51,039 bases of DNA from a virus (taxonomy: Duplodnaviria > Caudoviricetes). This document shows positions 1 to 8,481 of the stretch, in pieces. The stretch spans positions 1-51,039 of IMG/VR virus record IMGVR_UViG_3300020477_000003; one strand, given 5' to 3'. The notes under the pieces are model-generated. The model had not been told where the DNA came from. It saw nothing but the letters and a program-made list of their open reading frames with translations, and did not search any database. Both the position numbers and the translations under genes were made by a program. Each line of letters begins with the position of its first letter. Position 1 is the stretch's first letter.

Positions 1-77
1 GTCAAAAGTTTGCCAAAATGGCAAAAAAACTATGACAAAAATGTCATATGTGTGTGTTAAACCCACAAAAGCACACA
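1..77. repeat. Terminal direct repeat, copy 1 (circular contig overlap)
   Basis: 1-77 is identical to 50963-51039; 77 is a common assembler k-mer. Confidence 0.95.
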
Positions 78-204
78 TAAACACGCAAGAATCGTGCCAA
101 ATGCTAATTATAAAGTTGTTATTTATCATATAGTTAGAGCATAGGGCATCCCCCACGCCCTGTAACAAAACGTTACAAAATAAAAAACCCAATGAAATCA
201 GGTA

Positions 205-516
205 TGTGGCAAATGTGGCAACAAAAAAAATCCCTTTGCCACACTTTTTATCTATTAATTTTATATACTTAAATACTAAATTAACCCATGTGGCAATGTG
301 GCAAAAAAAAACCCTATACTCTGCGAAAAATCACCGGCCCCAATATCACCACTGCCTTTACTGCCCTTATCCCCTAATTATATATATGGTGTTTCCGAAA
401 CTTGCCACAATTCACAATTTTGCCCTGTAACCCCTGGATTATAAAGGCGGATTCGGTGTGGCAAAGCCTTGCCACAACTTGCCACACGTTGCCACAATGG
501 CAGATCCTTTGCCACA
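205..516. repeat. Iteron cluster (TTGCCACA/TGTGGCAA x11), putative replication origin
   Basis: TGTGGCAA at 205, 214, 289, 297, 457; TTGCCACA at 236, 402, 469, 479, 489, 509; AT-rich stretch at 245-285. Confidence 0.75.
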
Positions 517-547
517 TCTTATTTTTTGTCTTTTATGTTCTTTTTTG

Positions 548-578
548 TTGCACATGATTAAACCGGCTGCTACATAAT
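548..578 (+). promoter_or_regulatory. Putative sigma70-type promoter of the rightward early operon
   Basis: TTGCAC, 17-19 nt spacer, TACATA/CATAAT; T-rich upstream; GGAG RBS before ATG 609. Confidence 0.4.
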
Positions 579-608
579 AAGAGAACCGAACAAAAACGGA
601 GATCATTT

Positions 609-1451
609 ATGCACGCCTTTGAAAAAGCAAAACTCGGAATCGCGCCTTTTACGGCAACACAATACCAAGAATTGGCACACGAATTTAAAACGCCCCAGGG
701 GGTTCATTTCAGGGCCGCTGGTATTTGCGACTACTGCGGTACCACGATCCGCCATGCGTATTGGATTCGGGCCGCGTGCGGTGAAAGGTTTAAGGTGGGA
801 TCTTCGTGTGTGGCAAAGGTGGATTTGGCGCTCGCCAGTGAAATGAAAGCAATGCGTTTGGCAGCCCAGCAAGAAAAGCGCACGGCTGCATATAAGGCCA
901 AACAAGAGCAATTCGCAGCCATGGTGGCGGAGTTTGAAAAATACGCTCAAAATCGAGCAGAGGAGTTTTTGGGGCGTATTGAACGGGATGGATCTTTCAT
1001 CACCAATTTCGATGCGCTGCAACGTTTTGCAGCCATTTGTGAAGAGGATTTTATGATGACAAACGCTGAAAATAGGGAATATGCCCAACACGCATGGCAG
1101 ATCAAGCGTCAAATTATCAACCTGGCAAAAAAGCATGCGCAAGATTTGGACACCGCCGAAATCGAAGCGGCTAAAAAACGCCACAAAAGCCATGTGGGCA
1201 CCGTGGGTGAAAAAATCGAAGTGCAGGCCCGCCATATCGGTTCATTCTCATATGACACCCAATGGGGCACTTCATGGGTGCGGAAATTTGAGGATACCAA
1301 CGGCAATTTGCTGGTTTGGTTTACGGGCGCAAGCCCAAAGTGGTTCACTAAGGATTTTAACGGCGTTTTGAAGGCCACCGTAAAAGAGCACGGTCACCGC
1401 AATGGGGAAGCTCAAACCATTATCACCCGCCCAAAGGGCATAGCAGCATAA
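609..1451 (+). CDS. Hypothetical protein with N-terminal Cys/His motif and C-terminal OB-fold-like domain
   Basis: CDYCG...VGSSCV; C-terminal HVGTVGEKIEV...LKATVKEH...QTIITRP pattern; GGAG RBS. Confidence 0.8.
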   Translation: MHAFEKAKLGIAPFTATQYQELAHEFKTPQGVHFRAAGICDYCGTTIRHAYWIRAACGERFKVGSSCVAKVDLALASEMKAMRLAAQQEKRTAAYKAKQEQFAAMVAEFEKYAQNRAEEFLGRIERDGSFITNFDALQRFAAICEEDFMMTNAENREYAQHAWQIKRQIINLAKKHAQDLDTAEIEAAKKRHKSHVGTVGEKIEVQARHIGSFSYDTQWGTSWVRKFEDTNGNLLVWFTGASPKWFTKDFNGVLKATVKEHGHRNGEAQTIITRPKGIAA

Positions 1452-1522
1452 CAAAGGTAGAAGTGTCAGATAATTGATCTAACGTCGTTTTATATTTAAC
1501 ACTAAGCAAAAAAGGAAACGCC

Positions 1523-1684
1523 ATGAAAAACGAAAACGAAAACGAAGAATTGCGAAACGCGCTGCGCACGGCCCTGGTTTTATGGGAATTGGGCGGCCAA
1601 AATTTACTTGAAAAAATCATTAACAAGCCCAGCACCACCGGTGCCAACGTAAAAAACGCCATTAACGAGCGGCAAAAATCATGA
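1523..1684 (+). CDS. Small hypothetical protein (53 aa, absent from ORF track)
   Basis: AAGGAAA RBS, MKNENENEELRNALRTAL... Confidence 0.55.
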   Translation: MKNENENEELRNALRTALVLWELGGQNLLEKIINKPSTTGANVKNAINERQKS

Positions 1685-1775
1685 AAAAATTACTAACAGA
1701 CATAAAAAACGCCTTTGCTGCGGTCGCAGCAGATATAAAAAACGCCTTTGGGGCGCTCTTGAAAGGACATAAAAA

Positions 1776-2285
1776 ATGAAAAACAGCAAAATAATAAAAG
1801 CGCTTTGTGGCGTAACGTCAAAAAACCGTGGTTTCGCCCTGGAAAACATAATGGCAGAACACGACGGCCACCGGCACACAATGGCGGCAACAAATGGCAC
1901 ACTGCTTTTAATGGCCGAATTCTCCAATCCCAATCCGTCCATTGCCGGCAAGGGATTCATCGACGAAGAAACCGGCAAGTTTCATCCAAGCGAACACGAG
2001 CACCCAAATTGGCGCAACGTTTTGCCTAGTGACGATTCGCCCCCTGATTTTACTGTTAGTTTAGACGCCTTAGAGAAAATGGTGAAAGCGCTAAAACAGT
2101 CAATGGGGGCGCGAAAACGTGGGGATATGGTAGGCGTTGAATTCAGGACCGATCACCCCACGGCTCCAGTGACAGTTAAGATCTGCCCTAAAGACGTGGC
2201 AAAGGCACATGACGGATCCGACGCCATCGCCGTAAAAATCCAAGGGGCGATTATGCCCTTAAAACCGGAAATGAGGGCCGACTAG
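1776..2285 (+). CDS. DNA polymerase III beta-clamp-like protein (truncated)
   Basis: ATNGTLL (cf. ATDGHRL), HPNWRNVLP (cf. YPNY.RVIP), C-terminal AIMPLK (cf. LIMPVR). Confidence 0.6.
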   Translation: MKNSKIIKALCGVTSKNRGFALENIMAEHDGHRHTMAATNGTLLLMAEFSNPNPSIAGKGFIDEETGKFHPSEHEHPNWRNVLPSDDSPPDFTVSLDALEKMVKALKQSMGARKRGDMVGVEFRTDHPTAPVTVKICPKDVAKAHDGSDAIAVKIQGAIMPLKPEMRAD

Positions 2286-2326
2286 GCCCCCTCTTTTAAA
2301 AGTTTTTCAGAAAGGGAGAAAAACAA

Positions 2327-2638
2327 ATGAAAATTATAGTAAAAAAGCATCAAATAATTGGCACACAGCAATGGATTTTCACTGCATGGGAACCCATGAC
2401 AACAGAGCATAGCACGATCACACACATCGACGGCATGGCCCATGGGCGAGTCGGATCAAAGAGTCCCGAATTGTGTACAGCGGAGTACCCCTATTGCACC
2501 GAAAAACGCATGGACGCCCTAGTTGAACTTTTTAAGGCTGAGTGGGGCAGAGCTTATAAGGAAATTTACAAACAAGTGCCCGAATTAAGAGAGCAGCCGA
2601 TAGTTGAAAATCGCGGGCAAATTGAGGTGTGGGCATGA
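2327..2638 (+). CDS. Hypothetical protein
   Basis: AAAGGGAG RBS, operon context. Confidence 0.7.
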   Translation: MKIIVKKHQIIGTQQWIFTAWEPMTTEHSTITHIDGMAHGRVGSKSPELCTAEYPYCTEKRMDALVELFKAEWGRAYKEIYKQVPELREQPIVENRGQIEVWA

Positions 2639-2907
2639 ATCACTTTATTGGGCGCATTGATCCAGTTTCGCAAAACGTCGCAGGGCGAGTGGTGGGCACT
2701 TATCAGAATTCTCAATTTCAAACCTTAATGCTGGTAACCATAAGCACATCAAACGGTTGGGCGGACGTGACGCAGGGGTCAACCGTGCTTGTCATGCGTG
2801 ATCATTGCGTTTTTGTTGAAGAGCACGGCGCACACGAAGATGAAATTGGCGAATTTGTTTTTGTGCCGATAAAGGCAGTTTTGGGCACACGAAAAACCGA
2901 TATATAA
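2629..2907 (+). CDS. Hypothetical protein (probable start ATG 2635)
   Basis: GAGGTG RBS, ATGA overlap with upstream gene. Confidence 0.6.
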   Translation: MGMNHFIGRIDPVSQNVAGRVVGTYQNSQFQTLMLVTISTSNGWADVTQGSTVLVMRDHCVFVEEHGAHEDEIGEFVFVPIKAVLGTRKTDI

Positions 2908-2917
2908 GGAAAAAATT

Positions 2918-3097
2918 ATGAGCAACAATTTCTTAAAAGAACAGTCCAAATTCATCACGAATGCAATTATTGACTCGCAAATCGAGGCAATAAAAAACAG
3001 CAACAAACCCGAAGAGGAAAAGGCTTTGGCTATCGCAAGATGCGAAAAGGCCCGCGCCCAATCTTTTTTGGATATCGAAAACAGCAAAAGGGAGTAA
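2918..3097 (+). CDS. Small helical hypothetical protein (59 aa, absent from ORF track)
   Basis: TAAGGA RBS, MSNNFLKEQSKF..., fills the gap between neighbours. Confidence 0.6.
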   Translation: MSNNFLKEQSKFITNAIIDSQIEAIKNSNKPEEEKALAIARCEKARAQSFLDIENSKRE

Positions 3098-3100
3098 AAA

Positions 3101-3649
3101 ATGGGGTTTTTTTCATGGGTAACTAGCGATACGGCGCGGAGCATTTCAAACACTTATTCATCGGAAGGTGCTTTTGATGTGTATATGATTTTACCGAATT
3201 TGACCGAAGAAGGCGCGGCAAGGGCCGCCGGCTACGGTTATGAGGGGGATCCGATCACAAGAGTGCGGCACACCCCTGCGTTGATTGGTAAAGATCCAGG
3301 CGGCATAGGCGAATCAGGGTGCCTGGGGACGCTGGAAAAGGCTTACGACGGCTATGGTATTTTTGGGGGCGTATGCTTTTATGCTGCGCTGTTTGAGCTT
3401 AACAGATCAAAATACAGCAAAAGCGATCTTGAAAAAATCAAAACATACGATGATCGCAGGAATGAAGGCATAAAAATTGAGACCAGGGCGATCCAGCAAA
3501 CGGGTTTTGAGGCAATGAAATCTGAGGGCTGGGTGTTCCCGATCCTTATCGAAAACAAATCTACCATTAAAGATCTAGGTATTGGGCAGATCAAATGGCA
3601 AGATTTGGATTTTTGCCACCACTGCCCACACCAAGGATATTTTTATTAA
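3101..3649 (+). CDS. Phage hypothetical protein
   Basis: MGFFSW.T.DT..SI, YDGYG.FGG and C-terminal QGYFY motifs recalled from other phage proteins; GGGAG RBS. Confidence 0.75.
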   Translation: MGFFSWVTSDTARSISNTYSSEGAFDVYMILPNLTEEGAARAAGYGYEGDPITRVRHTPALIGKDPGGIGESGCLGTLEKAYDGYGIFGGVCFYAALFELNRSKYSKSDLEKIKTYDDRRNEGIKIETRAIQQTGFEAMKSEGWVFPILIENKSTIKDLGIGQIKWQDLDFCHHCPHQGYFY

Positions 3650-3661
3650 AAGAGGGAAACA

Positions 3662-4012
3662 ATGAACAAACTTAAAGCAAAAACCGAAGTGCTGCAACGT
3701 CTTTTGGGTGTGGCCGGCATCGATGTAAGCACAAAAGTAATTGGCTCAACCGTAAGCATTCAACTATTAATTGGTGACGATCAATTGACACTCCGTGGGC
3801 GGATCCCGTTTGGCCACGATCATAAGGGCGCAGCATATAAAGAAATGGTAAGAGGAGCGAAAACCTACGTCCACTTAGTGAAACCAGCAATCCAAACCGC
3901 TACCCTATCGCAACTTGCCGGCCCATTCAAAAAGGGAGACTACTGGGAAGGGGTTGTGACAGATGCGCTGGCAACAATAAAAGAAGACGTATTGGGCACC
4001 CCCCCTTTTTAA
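3662..4012 (+). CDS. Hypothetical protein
   Basis: GAGGG RBS, operon context. Confidence 0.7.
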   Translation: MNKLKAKTEVLQRLLGVAGIDVSTKVIGSTVSIQLLIGDDQLTLRGRIPFGHDHKGAAYKEMVRGAKTYVHLVKPAIQTATLSQLAGPFKKGDYWEGVVTDALATIKEDVLGTPPF

Positions 4013-4090
4013 AAGTTTTTTTTACCTTTTTGTCTTTACATGTTTGACTCAACACGCAAGCATGTATTCATCAAACCAAAGGAGCCCATT

Positions 4091-4393
4091 ATGCTTATAG
4101 AGATCTTAAAAAAAATCGACGCAGAAGAAGTTTTTGGGCCGTTCTTTGAGTTTTACGAAGGCTTACCAGAAAGGGAGAAAAACGGCGACCTTAAAAAAGG
4201 CTTTGATTCAGTTCAAGAACTTTTTTGGATCTGCAAAATGAATGACGAAGGGTTGTTTGATGAAGTTGTTTTATTTGGAGATGACGATGGGTCTGAGACT
4301 GTTGACTTCCGTGCCGGCATCGCCAAAAAAGAATTGGGTATTGATAAACAATTCGCGTATGACGCTCTTGAAAGATACATGGTGATAACTTGA
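4091..4393 (+). CDS. Acidic hypothetical protein
   Basis: AAGGAG RBS before ATG 4091. Confidence 0.65.
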   Translation: MLIEILKKIDAEEVFGPFFEFYEGLPEREKNGDLKKGFDSVQELFWICKMNDEGLFDEVVLFGDDDGSETVDFRAGIAKKELGIDKQFAYDALERYMVIT

Positions 4394-5223
4394 AAAATCC
4401 TGATTTTATGGTTTCGGCTTCGCCTTACGATGACCGAGATTTGCTTTTCGACCAAGCCGTGGCAACAAGGCCCCCCCTTCCTGAAAGGTTTTCTCTCAGA
4501 GAGGATATGTTTGGGGTTCGCAATCAAGGGCCGCAGGGGTCATGCGTGGCCCAGTCTCTTGCTGCGATGCAAGAAAGAAACAACCTTAAACACCTGCTGG
4601 ACAAGGGATATTTAAGCCCACAATACATTTACGACTGCCGCCCAAAAAATCGATCTGGGCGCGGCATGAATGTGCGCAATGCCCTGAAATTTTTGCGTGT
4701 GCATGGCGCACCGCTGGAAAAATCGTACCCCTACCGGCAAGGAAAAGACACCCCACCCCTTGGGCTAAAAAAAATGACGCCAGAGCTGAAAGAGGAAGCC
4801 GAATTTTATCGCATCCAAGGCTTCGCAAAATGCACTACGGTTCAAGATACTAAACGCGCAATTTACCTTAATGGCCCGTGCATTATCGTGGTGCCAGTTT
4901 ACGCAAAACCATGGGAGGGATCGGCCTCGGTAGATCATCAAAAATATATTATCCCATCGCGCATGTGGCTCAAGGAACCGAATTATAAAAAAATGGGGGG
5001 ACACGCCATGGCTATCGTAGGGTGGGATCTTCACGGTTTCGACATTAGGAATTCCTGGGGGTACAACTGGGGGTCGCGTGGGCATTGCACGTTCCCATAT
5101 GGGGACTGGGGCCGGCAATACGAGGTTTGGAGCGCCATTGATTATGAGCCCGAGGTGTGCGCCAAGCCCGATACGGTAGTGCAAAAAATTAAAAAATGCC
5201 TGGACAAAACAAGATGGGGTTAG
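4390..5223 (+). CDS. Papain-like cysteine peptidase (C1A family)
   Basis: NQGPQGSCVA (oxyanion Q, catalytic C), GGHAMAIVGW (H), IRNSWG..WG..G (N), LSPQYIY. Confidence 0.92.
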   Translation: MKNPDFMVSASPYDDRDLLFDQAVATRPPLPERFSLREDMFGVRNQGPQGSCVAQSLAAMQERNNLKHLLDKGYLSPQYIYDCRPKNRSGRGMNVRNALKFLRVHGAPLEKSYPYRQGKDTPPLGLKKMTPELKEEAEFYRIQGFAKCTTVQDTKRAIYLNGPCIIVVPVYAKPWEGSASVDHQKYIIPSRMWLKEPNYKKMGGHAMAIVGWDLHGFDIRNSWGYNWGSRGHCTFPYGDWGRQYEVWSAIDYEPEVCAKPDTVVQKIKKCLDKTRWG

Positions 5224-5588
5224 AGTTTGCAGAATGGACCGGCCTTCGATGGCGCACGCCAGATATGGATACAGTTGAGGTTGATGATCTGGGCTGGATT
5301 ATCGTGCGCGGATGCGTGGGCATACCAGATTTTGCTTTTGAGCCTTGCGATGACGAAGAATTGGTGGCACATCTTCGGAATTGGCGCAACACCTCTGGCT
5401 TGGGCGTGCGCAGCGTCACTTATGGCCTGTTTACCCATAAAGATGGTTTTTGCGTGTCCCCCCTTTATGAAAAATTTTCAATCGCAGACCTTAGAAAATA
5501 CGATGACGTAAAAACCGATGAAGATCTTTTTAACGCTATATGCGCATCCGAGGCCGCAGAGGCATTGGGACTGGTGGCGATTATATGA
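5214..5588 (+). CDS. Hypothetical protein
   Basis: ORF overlapping both neighbours; start uncertain (5196 or 5214). Confidence 0.6.
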   Translation: MGLEFAEWTGLRWRTPDMDTVEVDDLGWIIVRGCVGIPDFAFEPCDDEELVAHLRNWRNTSGLGVRSVTYGLFTHKDGFCVSPLYEKFSIADLRKYDDVKTDEDLFNAICASEAAEALGLVAII

Positions 5589-6013
5589 AAAAGATTAACC
5601 GGCCAGAGACCCAAGACCGCGCTAAAGAATTCCAGCAGTGGCACCGCACCCTCGGTCGCCGTTTGCTGGCGTCTGACGTTGACCTGGTGGAATGGCGATT
5701 GATTGATGGGGAGTTGGTTCCGGTAGGGGTGCTGGAAATCACCCTGGCGGACTGGCCGCCGACAAAGCCCTACCTGGATGCCATCATCCACCGATACGAA
5801 AAAAAAGACGTACAAGGCCGCACAGCGCGTCATGTGGCCGACGCCCTGGGGTGTAAAGCATGGATCGTTTGTTACACGCAGGGTTGCCAAAAATTCTGGG
5901 TATGGAACCTCACAGAATCGAAAGGGTGGTTCAATTTTAACGCTAAACAGATGGAGCTTTTTTTGGAGGGTCTTGAGCGCGGCATCAGGCCCCCCTTTTT
6001 AAAAGTTTCTTAA
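5585..6013 (+). CDS. Hypothetical protein, possible PD-(D/E)XK nuclease fold
   Basis: SDVDLVE...VLEIT spacing; ATGA overlap with upstream gene. Confidence 0.55.
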   Translation: MKKINRPETQDRAKEFQQWHRTLGRRLLASDVDLVEWRLIDGELVPVGVLEITLADWPPTKPYLDAIIHRYEKKDVQGRTARHVADALGCKAWIVCYTQGCQKFWVWNLTESKGWFNFNAKQMELFLEGLERGIRPPFLKVS

Positions 6014-6028
6014 AAAAAGGGGCAGAGA

Positions 6029-6298
6029 ATGTTTGCAGTTTACGACACGCGAGACATGAACGTTTGGGGGGCGGCACCGACCGTTGAGGGTGCATGGAGC
6101 AGGGCCAAGGAAGAGGTTTCGGCCTATATTGCTTTTTTAAAACACCATAACCAGGAGCCAGACCTGTCCATGGATGACCTTATGCTTCATTTTCTATGCG
6201 CCAAATGCACACTTGAAACATGGCAAGAGCACGTTACGCAGGATTTCCCACCGGCCCAAAAAGCAAAGATTTCTGATGGCGTCTTGGAGACACAATGA
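6029..6298 (+). CDS. Hypothetical protein
   Basis: AGGGG RBS. Confidence 0.65.
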   Translation: MFAVYDTRDMNVWGAAPTVEGAWSRAKEEVSAYIAFLKHHNQEPDLSMDDLMLHFLCAKCTLETWQEHVTQDFPPAQKAKISDGVLETQ

Positions 6299-6534
6299 GA
6301 AAAAATGATGTAATGAATTTGATTGATCGAGTTGAGCGCTACCCTGGTTTTGCGTGCGAAGACAAGAACGTGCAAATGGCGTTTGCAAACTTCCAAGAAA
6401 TTATGGCCGGTGCGATTCGCAAATTGCTGGCAAAGGCTGAGTCTCAACACGACGAGCGCATGCGTGACATATACATCCAGGAAATCCGATACATGATTGA
6501 AAACATAAAACATTGGGCAAATTTTATAGATTAG
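6295..6534 (+). CDS. Hypothetical protein
   Basis: GGAG RBS, ATGA overlap. Confidence 0.65.
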   Translation: MRKNDVMNLIDRVERYPGFACEDKNVQMAFANFQEIMAGAIRKLLAKAESQHDERMRDIYIQEIRYMIENIKHWANFID

Positions 6535-6555
6535 TTTATTGTCTTTATTGATCAA

Positions 6556-6777
6556 ATGTGCAAAGAGTGCGAAATGACCTTAACAGCATGGCAAAACATA
6601 AAAACAGACAAGGGCTGCGCAGCGGCATCAATCATGGGCTGTCAGTACAGAATTTATGAGACAACACCCAACAATTTTTGGGTCTACCGAAATGGCGGTC
6701 ATGGGTGGAGCTACCTGTGCTCCCATCACTCAATGGCGTTGGCTAAATCTTTTGCGGAAAGGCATGCGTTGTCATGA
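6556..6777 (+). CDS. Hypothetical protein
   Basis: ORF coupled to the sigma factor gene; start uncertain. Confidence 0.5.
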   Translation: MCKECEMTLTAWQNIKTDKGCAAASIMGCQYRIYETTPNNFWVYRNGGHGWSYLCSHHSMALAKSFAERHALS

Positions 6778-7328
6778 TGATGAAACTTATAAAGGCGACC
6801 GTGGCGAGAATGAGGCTCCCGCACAACAAGGGAGATCTCTATGGCTATGGATGGATCGGATATAAAAAAGCCTTAGAGACTTATTCCCCAGAAAACAGCA
6901 ACATAAGCTTTGAGAACTACGCCAAATGGAAAATTAAATACGCCATTATAGATGGTATCCGTCGAGAGGACCCGAGAAAAGATCGTATAGTGCGAAAGGC
7001 CAAAAAAATGGTGGGCCAGCGCAAAGATCTCTGTCTTGATGATGCCATACGGCAAATCGATCCCATGGCCAATAGTCTTTGCGTCGAGCAAATTGAAATC
7101 CCATCAAGAGAGCGAGGTTTTGATATTGTGGACACAAGGATGTTGTTAGCATTTGGGTTTTCAGGGCTTAACACCAGGGAAATCTCTATAATATGGATGA
7201 ATTTTTACAGGGGTGACACCCTTAAAAAAATAGGTGAAAACATGAATCTTACAGAGTCAGGAGTTTCACTAATACGAAAAGAAGCACTAGACAAAATGAA
7301 ACGAGCAATGACCTACGATGAGGTCTAA
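6774..7328 (+). CDS. Sigma-70 family RNA polymerase sigma factor (FliA/WhiG-like)
   Basis: Region 2 DLYGYGWIG..KALETYSPE..ISFENYAKWKIKYAIIDGIR; region 4 LNTRE...TLKKIGENMNLTESGVSLIRKEAL. Confidence 0.88.
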   Translation: MMMKLIKATVARMRLPHNKGDLYGYGWIGYKKALETYSPENSNISFENYAKWKIKYAIIDGIRREDPRKDRIVRKAKKMVGQRKDLCLDDAIRQIDPMANSLCVEQIEIPSRERGFDIVDTRMLLAFGFSGLNTREISIIWMNFYRGDTLKKIGENMNLTESGVSLIRKEALDKMKRAMTYDEV

Positions 7329-7340
7329 AAGGGGTTTGTT

Positions 7341-7616
7341 ATGGAGTGGTATTTTTATTTTTCGGCGGTAATGTTTGTTGTTGCGCTGGTTGTGCAGGCG
7401 GCCCACTCGCGAGAGGTCGAGCGCATCGAAAAAATAAAGAAAAAATTCGCAGAAGACATAGGGCGCAGGCGTGTTGTCCCGTACAAAGACGCCGTGGTGG
7501 AGGTGTTTCCAGACGGGAATTTTATTGTAAACGGTCGGAATGACGCCCACTGTCAGGTCATTCACGATGAGGTCATGGAGTCATTCAGGAAAAATTATGG
7601 CAACTTTGGTAGATAG
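7341..7616 (+). CDS. Hypothetical membrane-anchored protein
   Basis: N-terminal hydrophobic helix, AGGGG RBS. Confidence 0.65.
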   Translation: MEWYFYFSAVMFVVALVVQAAHSREVERIEKIKKKFAEDIGRRRVVPYKDAVVEVFPDGNFIVNGRNDAHCQVIHDEVMESFRKNYGNFGR

Positions 7617-7821
7617 AAACACGCCGCTGTGCCGTGGTGAGAATTGCAACCTTCGGGATGACTGTTATCGATACAGGGCCGAGCCTCGGCATCTTCAGGA
7701 ATACTTAACCCCATCGCCAGTAAAAGACGGTAATTGTGATTATTTTATACGCAACAAGGATGCGGTAATGACGAATTGGGATGACACGCTTTTTCTTCGC
7801 AGGGGTGATTTCAATGATTAA
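7597..7821 (+). CDS. Small Cys-rich phage protein
   Basis: CRGENCNLRDDCYRY...CDYF motif. Confidence 0.65.
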   Translation: MATLVDRNTPLCRGENCNLRDDCYRYRAEPRHLQEYLTPSPVKDGNCDYFIRNKDAVMTNWDDTLFLRRGDFND

Positions 7822-8035
7822 TATGACCGACCCCTACGAGCTTCGCATTCCCCAATTCAATCTCGAAGTGAAAGAGGTGCGCATGAGAAAAGGAAAAAGA
7901 ACCATGCTGCTGCGCCCCCTGAGAACAGAGATAAGGTGGCACAGGGGCGAGCTTAAACTCATGACGCTATATGAAACTTTTAATTTTGCCCAGGGTGAAG
8001 TGGGGTACTGGGCCGGATGGATTCCAAATGAGTAG
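7814..8035 (+). CDS. Hypothetical protein
   Basis: AGGGGTG RBS, overlaps neighbours. Confidence 0.55.
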   Translation: MINMTDPYELRIPQFNLEVKEVRMRKGKRTMLLRPLRTEIRWHRGELKLMTLYETFNFAQGEVGYWAGWIPNE

Positions 8036-8480
8036 CATGATTGAAAACGTTATGGAGTTTGTCGAGCGATATGGAGATTTTCCGGTAGAGGTCGTAAGCA
8101 AGGCGCTGAGGGCTAACGTGGATTTTGAAGACGGAAACATTATCATCAAATCCTTCAGAATCCCCAAGCGCGTGACCGGCACGAAGCTTAAACAGGAGTC
8201 ATGGTGGTGGCGGTGTAAAGCATATTCACCAGATATTTTTCAAGACGAAAAAAGCGAGACATATGGCGCTTCAATATTTTTTTGGCGTGAAAAAGACCGC
8301 ATATTAAAGACAGAAAAGTTTGCCAAGAAATATGTTGAGGAGGACAAGCTTATCACATACCGAGAGCTTTGTGCGGCATATCAGCACCCCTCCATTCTGA
8401 AGACCTCTTTCGGTGTCAACCTCAAGGTGGCGCTATCACCCCAGCAGCATGTTTTAATGATGTGGGTTTACGGCAAGTAA
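8028..8480 (+). CDS. Hypothetical protein
   Basis: Operon context. Confidence 0.6.
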   Translation: MSSMIENVMEFVERYGDFPVEVVSKALRANVDFEDGNIIIKSFRIPKRVTGTKLKQESWWWRCKAYSPDIFQDEKSETYGASIFFWREKDRILKTEKFAKKYVEEDKLITYRELCAAYQHPSILKTSFGVNLKVALSPQQHVLMMWVYGK

Positions 8481-8481
8481 T

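Noticed and set aside
1-77. Biological terminal repeat
   Set aside because: The exact 77-bp length fits an assembler k-mer overlap; it shows circularity, not physical ends
206-430. 74-aa ORF in the iteron region
   Set aside because: No RBS; the sequence is explained by repeats
205-516. CRISPR array
   Set aside because: Repeats are only 8 bp, in mixed orientation, with irregular spacing and no cas genes
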